IMG/VR virus record: IMGVR_UViG_2531839178_000012
Location: 1 to 10,610 of that record
Reading direction: 5' to 3' (one strand)
Source of the DNA: a virus
Taxonomy: Duplodnaviria; Heunggongvirae; Uroviricota; Caudoviricetes
Length of the DNA: 10,610 nt
The notes below the pieces were generated by a model. It was not told where the DNA came from and searched no databases. It saw only the letters and a program-made list of their open reading frames with translations. A program made the translations under genes and the position numbers. Within the stretch, counting starts at the first letter, position 1; every line of letters begins with the position of its first letter. This document shows positions 6,266 to 10,610 of the stretch, in pieces.

Positions 6266-6468
6266 CATGTAGGTTAGCCTCTTACGTGCCGGAAGGCAAG
6301 GAGAAGCAGGCTATGAAGCAGCAAAAGGCGATGTTAGTCGCCCTGATCGTCATCTGTTTAACCGTCATAGTGACGGCACTGGTAACGAGGAAAGACCTCT
6401 GTGAGGTACGAATCCGAACCGGCCAGACGGAGGTCGCTGTCTTCGTAGACTACGAATCCAGGAAGTAA
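6256..6468 (+). CDS. mok: Mok-like reading frame (in-frame N-terminal extension sharing the hok stop), 70 aa
   Basis: ATG at 6256, in frame with and ending at the hok stop, as in chromosomal mokC/hokC. The start region is the predicted Sok target. Confidence 0.55.
   Translation: MLDTCRLASYVPEGKEKQAMKQQKAMLVALIVICLTVIVTALVTRKDLCEVRIRTGQTEVAVFVDYESRK
6313..6468 (+). CDS. hok: Hok/Gef-family type I toxin, 51 aa
   Basis: MKQQKAMLVALIVICLTVIVTALVTRKDLCEVRIRTGQTEVAVFVDYESRK is near-identical over the first 44 residues to E. coli HokD/RelF and HokC/Gef as I recall them. Confidence 0.85.
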   Translation: MKQQKAMLVALIVICLTVIVTALVTRKDLCEVRIRTGQTEVAVFVDYESRK

Positions 6469-6545
6469 GAGTGACCGGGCGGGGAGCTGATCCCATCCCC
6501 GCCCACCTCTGATGTGTCAGGCATCCTCAACGCACCCGCACTTAA

Positions 6546-6588
6546 CCCGCCCATCGCTGTGATCTCTCAGCGTTTCGGCGGGTTTTTT
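6546..6588 (+). terminator. Intrinsic terminator of the hok transcript
   Basis: Outer stem cccgcc (6546-6551) / ggcggg (6577-6582) with inner stem cgctg/cagcg, followed by T6 (6583-6588). A 9-bp GC hairpin (6477-6504) lies just after the hok stop. Confidence 0.6.
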
Positions 6589-6608
6589 GTTGTTTATTTC
6601 CGGTGAAT

Positions 6609-6636
6609 TTGATTTGCGCACCTTCGCAGATAGAAT
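6609..6636 (+). promoter_or_regulatory. Candidate sigma70 promoter of the nin-like operon
   Basis: -35 TTGATT (6609-6614), 16-bp spacer, -10 TAGAAT (6631-6636), about 80 nt upstream of the 6718 start codon. Confidence 0.35.
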
Positions 6637-6717
6637 CGACTCACTTAAGTAGCGCGCAGGGAGAAGAGGGATGGACCCCGAACAGGGGAGAGCTATTTAT
6701 CTGGAAGGATTCTGAAG

Positions 6718-7005
6718 ATGAAAATCGAAGAATTGCGTGAAATTTTTAGTGAAAATGGCCTCTATGCTGTGCGCGTTGAGAATGGAGCGATTGTCAGCCA
6801 TTGCCGCATTAGATGTTTGCAATCTCAACAAAGGAAGAGCGGTGCTGTGTTATTTTATTTTTGTAATGGACTTCTGACGGACGGTTTTATTTTGCGTGAG
6901 GACGAATTTGTCACATCATTACGGGTTTTGAAAGAGATTGGTTTTAAGGCTGGTTTTCTGCTTTTGCTGAAGAATAAACTCATCTACAATCTTGAGCAGG
7001 ATTGA
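6718..7005 (+). CDS. Hypothetical small phage protein, 95 aa (occupies the position of rem in Qin-like prophages)
   Basis: ATG at 6718 with GGAAGGA 8 nt upstream. The assignment is positional only (hok - this ORF - DUF1367 - ... - Q). Confidence 0.55.
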   Translation: MKIEELREIFSENGLYAVRVENGAIVSHCRIRCLQSQQRKSGAVLFYFCNGLLTDGFILREDEFVTSLRVLKEIGFKAGFLLLLKNKLIYNLEQD

Positions 7006-7043
7006 ACTCCTGCTGTGTAACACCGTGCCACCGGAGAAAGCCG

Positions 7044-7643
7044 ATGGCACATATACAACTGGTCAAACAAACCTTTTCCGGATTACTTCTCCCGGCGACG
7101 CCGGAGAGTTGCGATTTTCTGCATCAAATCAAAATAGGTGAGTGGATACACGCAGACTTTAAGCGTGTGCGTAACTACGCATTCCACAAGCGTTTTTTCA
7201 AACTCCTGCAACTGGGTTTCGATTACTGGACTCCGGTCGGTGGGGCGATCACGCCTCGCGAACGAAAACTGGTGTCCGGTTTCGTTGATTACCTGTGTGA
7301 ATCAGTAGGCCGGGAACATACGCCAGCTCTGAGCGAAGCCGCAGAGCAATATCTGAATACAGTTGCGACACGCAGAACCCGTGATACGGCATTGCTAAAG
7401 TCGTTTGAGGCTTTCCGCGAGTGGGTAACCATTCAGGCCGGATTTTACACCGAGCATATTTATCCTGATGGTAGTCGTGGGCGCAGGGCAAAATCTATCG
7501 CATTTGCGAACATGGACGAAACCGAGTTTCAGCAGGTTTATAAATCTGTACTGAATGTGCTGTGGAACTGGATCCTGTTCCGTAAATTCTCCTCTCCGGA
7601 GGAAGTCGAAAATGTGGCCGCGCAGCTACTGGAGTTTGCGTAA
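7044..7643 (+). CDS. DUF1367-family phage protein (YdfU-like), 199 aa
   Basis: ATG at 7044 with GGAG 7 nt upstream. Family assignment from recalled similarity and the conserved position upstream of DUF1364 and Q. Confidence 0.75.
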   Translation: MAHIQLVKQTFSGLLLPATPESCDFLHQIKIGEWIHADFKRVRNYAFHKRFFKLLQLGFDYWTPVGGAITPRERKLVSGFVDYLCESVGREHTPALSEAAEQYLNTVATRRTRDTALLKSFEAFREWVTIQAGFYTEHIYPDGSRGRRAKSIAFANMDETEFQQVYKSVLNVLWNWILFRKFSSPEEVENVAAQLLEFA

Positions 7644-7933
7644 TGGTGGATTTACGTAAAGCGGCGCGGGGGCAGATGTGCACCGTCAGAATTCCTGGCT
7701 ACTGCAATCACGATCCGGAAACGTCTGTGCTGGCGCATTACCGACTGGCGGGAACGTGCGGAACAGCGACAAAACCACACGATATGCAGGCGGCGATTGC
7801 CTGTAGCTCATGCCACGATTTAATCGACGGGCGGGTAAAAACAAGCGATTACACCAAAGAAGAATTACGCCTGATGCATGCAGAAGGTGTTTTTCGCACG
7901 CAAGAAATCTGGAGAAAGGAAGGTTATTTATGA
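7643..7933 (+). CDS. DUF1364-family protein (YbcO-like), 96 aa
   Basis: TAATG start overlap with the previous gene. Motifs DLRKAARG.MC.VRIPG.CN..PETSVLAH.RL ... IACSSCHD match YbcO of prophage DLP12 as I recall it. Confidence 0.8.
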   Translation: MVDLRKAARGQMCTVRIPGYCNHDPETSVLAHYRLAGTCGTATKPHDMQAAIACSSCHDLIDGRVKTSDYTKEELRLMHAEGVFRTQEIWRKEGYL

Positions 7934-8254
7934 TTTACCCAACAAATACAGGCAAAAGCGGGGAACACCTTCGTCTCACCACGCTGGAAAGTGTCTGGAT
8001 TCAGGGAAAACTGCGCATGTGGGGGCGCTGGTCGTATATTGGCGGCGGTAAGACGGGGAATATGTTCAACCAGTTGTTGGCCTCTAAAAAGCTGACAAAA
8101 ACGGCAATTAACGAGGCGCTCCGGAGGATGAAAAAAGCAGGTCTGGACAAACCTGAACTTGAGGCTTTTTTGCGGGATATGATCAACGGCAAGCAAAAAA
8201 GCTGGCTGGTGCATTGTACTGATGCAGAGGCGTTATGCATTGATCGGGTGATTA
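7930..8254 (+). pseudogene. Q-like late antiterminator, 5' part, interrupted by an IS5-family element
   Basis: ATGA start overlap with the DUF1364 gene. The frame runs to the IS junction at 8254/8255 and, after removing the IS and one TA, continues in frame at 9174 to the stop at 9401-9403 (about 184 aa). A WG.W motif near the N-terminus and the position after a ybcO-like gene and before a promoter module suggest a Q-type antiterminator; family assignment is tentative. Confidence 0.55.
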
Positions 8255-8265
8255 GGCTGTGTCCC

Positions 8266-8571
8266 TTAATTACGTAAGCGTTGATAAAAGAGTCGGATGC
8301 AGCCCAGTTTCACCATCGCCAGGTAATTTCTCGCCGTTTTGTCGTAACGCGTGGCGATGCGGCGATATTCTTTCAGCCGCCCAAAGCACCGTTCAACGAC
8401 ATTACGATTGCAGTACGCATCACGATCAAGCTGTGCACGTCCATCCGATGCCATTTTCTCATTTGACTTTCGGGGGATTACTGCCTTTATACCGTTATTT
8501 TTCAGCTCGTTGCGCAATGCGCGCCCTGAATACGCTTTATCAGCCAGTACCGCATGTCCACGGCGTTTCAT
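8266..8571 (-). CDS. IS5-family transposase, C-terminal ORF (OrfB)
   Basis: C-terminal motif VVERCFGRLKEYRRIATRYDKTARNYLAMVKLGCIRL resembles the IS5-family signature. The frame is open upstream to about 8646 and overlaps the OrfA frame region, suggesting frameshift expression or a degenerate copy. Confidence 0.6.
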   Translation of the reverse strand: MKRRGHAVLADKAYSGRALRNELKNNGIKAVIPRKSNEKMASDGRAQLDRDAYCNRNVVERCFGRLKEYRRIATRYDKTARNYLAMVKLGCIRLFYQRLRN

Positions 8572-8661
8572 GCTGCCGTTCTGACGCTGAACGCCAATCC
8601 CGTCCAGAAGTCGTTGCGCGAACTGGCTTTCATGAGCTTGTCCGGGGGCTTAGCACGATAT

Positions 8662-9111
8662 TTATCGGGAGGCCACTTCCGTCTGTTGCCAGATGGATTT
8701 TGGTGCCAAAACCGCCGCGAGAGCGACCCAGCCCATTATCTCCGTCGATATCGGGATGTTTTTTTGAGCACCGGCGGCACATTTCAGCGCCCGGATATTA
8801 CTGCCATCCAGCGCGGTGGCAGACCAGTCAATAAAGCCGTTTGCATCAAGTAGCGAAAGCAACCTGTTGAAAATAATATTAATCACGCCTGACTTAGACC
8901 ATCGGTTAAAGCGGTTATAAACAGTTTTCCATGACCCATATCGTTCGGGTAAATCGCGCCATGGTGCACCGGAACATAACACCCAGAACATGCCATTGAT
9001 GATTTTACGGTGCTCAGCCCATGGGCGTCCGGCCCGTGGTGTGGCGGGTTCAGGAGGTAACAGGGGCTTGATGATGGTCCATGCCTCATCGGGAAGGTCG
9101 TAGCGAGCCAT
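8662..9111 (-). CDS. IS5-family transposase, N-terminal ORF (OrfA), 149 aa
   Basis: MARYDLPDEAWTIIKPLLPPE ... APWRDLPERYGSWKTVYNRFNRW is a typical IS5-family N-terminal motif set. Confidence 0.7.
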   Translation of the reverse strand: MARYDLPDEAWTIIKPLLPPEPATPRAGRPWAEHRKIINGMFWVLCSGAPWRDLPERYGSWKTVYNRFNRWSKSGVINIIFNRLLSLLDANGFIDWSATALDGSNIRALKCAAGAQKNIPISTEIMGWVALAAVLAPKSIWQQTEVASR

Positions 9112-9173
9112 AGTTCAATATGTTGTGTAAACAGACAGTTACTATAGCTCAGATGATTAAGGGACACAGCCTA

Positions 9174-9403
9174 GTGAAGTGCTGGCAGAACACCCAGGAT
9201 TGATTTGTATCCTCCGGCAACGATATGAAGGGAGGGGGATGACTAAGCGAAAAATGGCTGAATTGCTGAATGATTCACACCCTGAGTGGTGTTACGCCAC
9301 GTGCCGTAATCGCATAGATGCGTGGTTGAAAATGGCAGAGTTTATGCTCTATCTGCCGATGCGTGATGCATTCTCTTCCGGGGATTTAAAAACTGTCTGT
9401 TGA
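9174..9403 (+). pseudogene. Q-like antiterminator, 3' part, separated from the 5' part by the IS5-family insertion
   Basis: In frame with 7930..8254 across the reconstructed insertion site. The track's ORF 9179..9403 begins at a GTG read as M, so it is not an independent gene. Confidence 0.5.
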
Positions 9404-9429
9404 CTCAATCTGTTATCCGGGGCTATATT
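9400..9429 (+). promoter_or_regulatory. Late-promoter-like sigma70 promoter (pR'-like), copy 2, immediately after the Q-like gene
   Basis: -35 TTGACT (9400-9405, overlapping the Q stop codon), 18-bp spacer, -10 TATATT (9424-9429). Lambda pR' also has a TTGACT -35 as I recall it. The transcribed region is identical to copy 1 for 60 bp. Confidence 0.5.
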
Positions 9430-9474
9430 CCTCACGCGCCAGCAAAATCTGGCGTCGGGATTGGCGTCCCGGAT
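9415..9474 (+). repeat. 60-bp exact direct repeat, copy 2
   Basis: Identical to 5234-5293. Identity ends a few bp before the IS911-like element begins. Confidence 0.9.
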
Positions 9475-9481
9475 ATCGAAA

Positions 9482-10421
9482 TGAGGTGTACTGGCAATAG
9501 CGGACACTACCATTTGTCTTTTTTTAAGCAGCCATCTGATGATATTTTTCCCTGAAGGCTGCCGGGGAGATATTCCCCAGACGAGAGTGACGACGCTGAC
9601 GATTGTAGAAAATCTCAATGTATTCCCGTATTACTGAGATGGCTTCATCCCGGTTATTAAAACGATAGTGGCTCAGGCTCTCATTTTTCAGCGTTCCCCA
9701 GAAGCTTTCCATCGGAGCGTTGTCGTAACAGTTACCTTAACGGCGACATTGGATGTTTTCAGACCAAACTGCTCCTGTATGACCCGGTAATCGTATGCGC
9801 AGTACTGTGAACCTCGATCAGAGTGGTGGATTAGCCCGGCAGGTGGGCGCTGGCTCCTGAGCGCCATAAACAGGGCTTTACCTGTCAGCTCTTTTGTCAT
9901 GCGCTCTCCCATGGCGTAGCCGACAATTTTGCACGTATAAACATCTTTGATGCCAGCGAGGTACAACCATCCCTCCTGTGTGGCAACATACGTCAGGTCC
10001 GCCACCCAGACCTGATTTGGTGCTGTAGGAGCGAACGTCTGGTTCAACAGATTTGGCGCAACTGGCAGATTGTGGTTCGGGTTCGTAGTCGCTCTGAACT
10101 TGCGTTTCTGCTTACAGCGTAGCCTTAGCTCCTTACGAAGACGTGCCAGTCGGTCACGACCAACGATGATGCCATTCTCTGCCAGCTCCGTCTGGAGCCG
10201 CCGGGTTCCATATGTTTCGCGAGTGCGGATATGTGCCACCTTAATCTCCAGTTTTAGCCGCTCATCACTTTGTTTTCTGTCTGAGGGTTCATGCTGTACC
10301 CAGTTGTAATAACCGCTCCTGGATACACCAAATACCTGACACATCGCTTCAATGGGAAATTGTTGTCGCCATTGTTCGATTAACGCGTATTTTTCAGCGA
10401 CTCCTGTGCAAAATACGCTGT
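9482..10421 (-). mobile_element. IS3-family (IS911-like) element remnant, truncated at its orfA side by IS30
   Basis: Contains an IS911-type orfB on the minus strand and only the last codons of orfA. The terminus near 9482 starts TGAGGTG (IS3-family ends begin TG). The inner boundary is set by the IS30 end at 10422. The left boundary is approximate. Confidence 0.7.
9524..10344 (-). pseudogene. insO: IS911-type transposase OrfB (InsO-like), inactivated by indels
   Basis: ORF 10344..9688 (MCQVFGVSRSGYYNWVQHEPSDRKQ ... HSDRGSQYCAYDYRVIQEQFGLKTS) and ORF 9712..9524 (MESFWGTLKNESLSHYRFNNRDEAISVIREYIEIFYNRQRRHSRLGNISPAAFREKYHQMAA) are two halves of one IS3-family OrfB. Several small indels near 9700-9730 break the expected SRKGNCYDNAP segment. 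Confidence 0.8.
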
Positions 10422-10610
10422 TGTAGATTCAATCTGTCAATGCAACACCCCTTTCAATTATCTCTTTCGGTGTTTTGAACTTCAGTGTCTTTCTCGGTCT
10501 GTTGTTTAGCTGAGCAGCAACCAGATCTAGTTCATGTTGAGTATATTGGGCAAGACATGTCTTTTTAGGAAAGTACTGCCGAATTAGCCCATTTGTGTTC
10601 TCATTTGTTC
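10422..10610 (-). mobile_element. IS30, terminal 189 bp of a copy that continues beyond the right window edge
   Basis: The terminus TGTAGATTCAATCTGTCAATGCAACACC starting at 10422 matches the IS30 end as I recall it. The transposase C-terminus is encoded on the minus strand. Confidence 0.75.
10429..10610 (-). CDS. insI: IS30 transposase, C-terminal fragment (5' part of the gene is outside the window)
   Basis: Minus-strand translation ends ...FPKKTCLAQYTQHELDLVAAQLNNRPRKTLKFKTPKEIIERGVALTD, the characteristic IS30 transposase C-terminus (LNNRPRK..L.F.TP.E). Stop at 10431..10429. Confidence 0.75.
   Translation of the reverse strand, partial: TNENTNGLIRQYFPKKTCLAQYTQHELDLVAAQLNNRPRKTLKFKTPKEIIERGVALTD

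Larger units (their letters stand above)
8255..9171 (-). mobile_element. IS5-family insertion sequence (IS427/IS1031-like, two-ORF type), 917 bp
   Basis: 16-bp terminal inverted repeats GGCTGTGTCCCTTAAT (8255-8270) and ATTAAGGGACACAGCC (9156-9171). Flanking TA direct repeats at 8253-8254 and 9172-9173. Two transposase ORFs on the minus strand. Confidence 0.75.

Noticed and set aside
5495-6313. relBE-type toxin-antitoxin upstream of hok, as in the Qin prophage
   Set aside because: The upstream gene is an ORF6N-domain protein and no RelB/RelE-like ORFs are present.
7249-8240. Minus-strand ORFs 7249-7491, 7495-7683, 7924-8214, 8001-8240 and plus-strand ORF 7810-8277
   Set aside because: The minus-strand ORFs are antisense to the coupled plus-strand operon. 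ORF 7810-8277 is the Q-like frame extended upstream into the DUF1364 gene and downstream into the IS; the real start is the ATG at 7930.
8259-9167. Plus-strand ORFs 8259-8834, 8281-8466, 8351-8584, 8554-8853 and minus-strand ORF 8883-9167
   Set aside because: They lie within the IS5-family element, antisense to or out of frame with the transposase ORFs.
9179-9403. Independent 74-aa gene
   Set aside because: It is in frame with the Q-like gene across the IS insertion and starts at GTG without a ribosome-binding site; I interpret it as the displaced 3' part of Q.
9349-9618. Minus-strand ORF of 89 aa
   Set aside because: It runs from inside the IS911-like element across its boundary into the promoter repeat; junction artefact.
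10070-10309. Plus-strand ORF of 79 aa
   Set aside because: Antisense to the IS911 orfB pseudogene.
1-10610. CRISPR array, tRNA or rRNA genes
   Set aside because: No short regularly spaced repeats; the only exact direct repeat is the 60-bp pair about 4.2 kb apart. No tRNA-like cloverleaf or rRNA-like sequence noticed.

Overview
This window looks like a decayed, mosaic enterobacterial (E. coli-type) prophage remnant carrying four insertion sequences. All calls come from reading the sequence and ORF track by eye; no database search was run. Left part, minus strand: a large hypothetical protein (1..1389, runs off the window), two small ORFs (one Cys-rich) and a Rha-family phage regulator (2136..2684). 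Centre: a complete 1153-bp IS630 copy (3464..4616) inserted with TA duplication into a CTAG site inside a small gene, followed by a translationally coupled 27-aa hydrophobic peptide ORF and a convergent, frameshifted DUF1640-like gene. Right part, plus strand: a sigma70 promoter plus short terminated transcript (5219..5331), an ORF6N/KilA-N-like protein, a hok/mok/sok-type type I toxin-antitoxin locus with its leader and terminator, then a lambdoid nin-like operon (Rem-position ORF, DUF1367, DUF1364, Q-like antiterminator). The Q-like gene is split by a 917-bp IS5-family element (8255..9171). Directly after the Q stop codon is a second copy of the promoter module, sharing 60 identical bp with the first; this is the canonical position of a Q-dependent late promoter. 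The window ends with an IS911-like (IS3 family) remnant with a frameshifted orfB, itself truncated by an IS30 copy that continues past the right edge. No integrase, structural or lysis genes, tRNA or CRISPR array were seen. The most interesting candidate is the duplicated late-promoter/qut-like module, which may put the hok toxin and nin-like operon under Q-dependent control.
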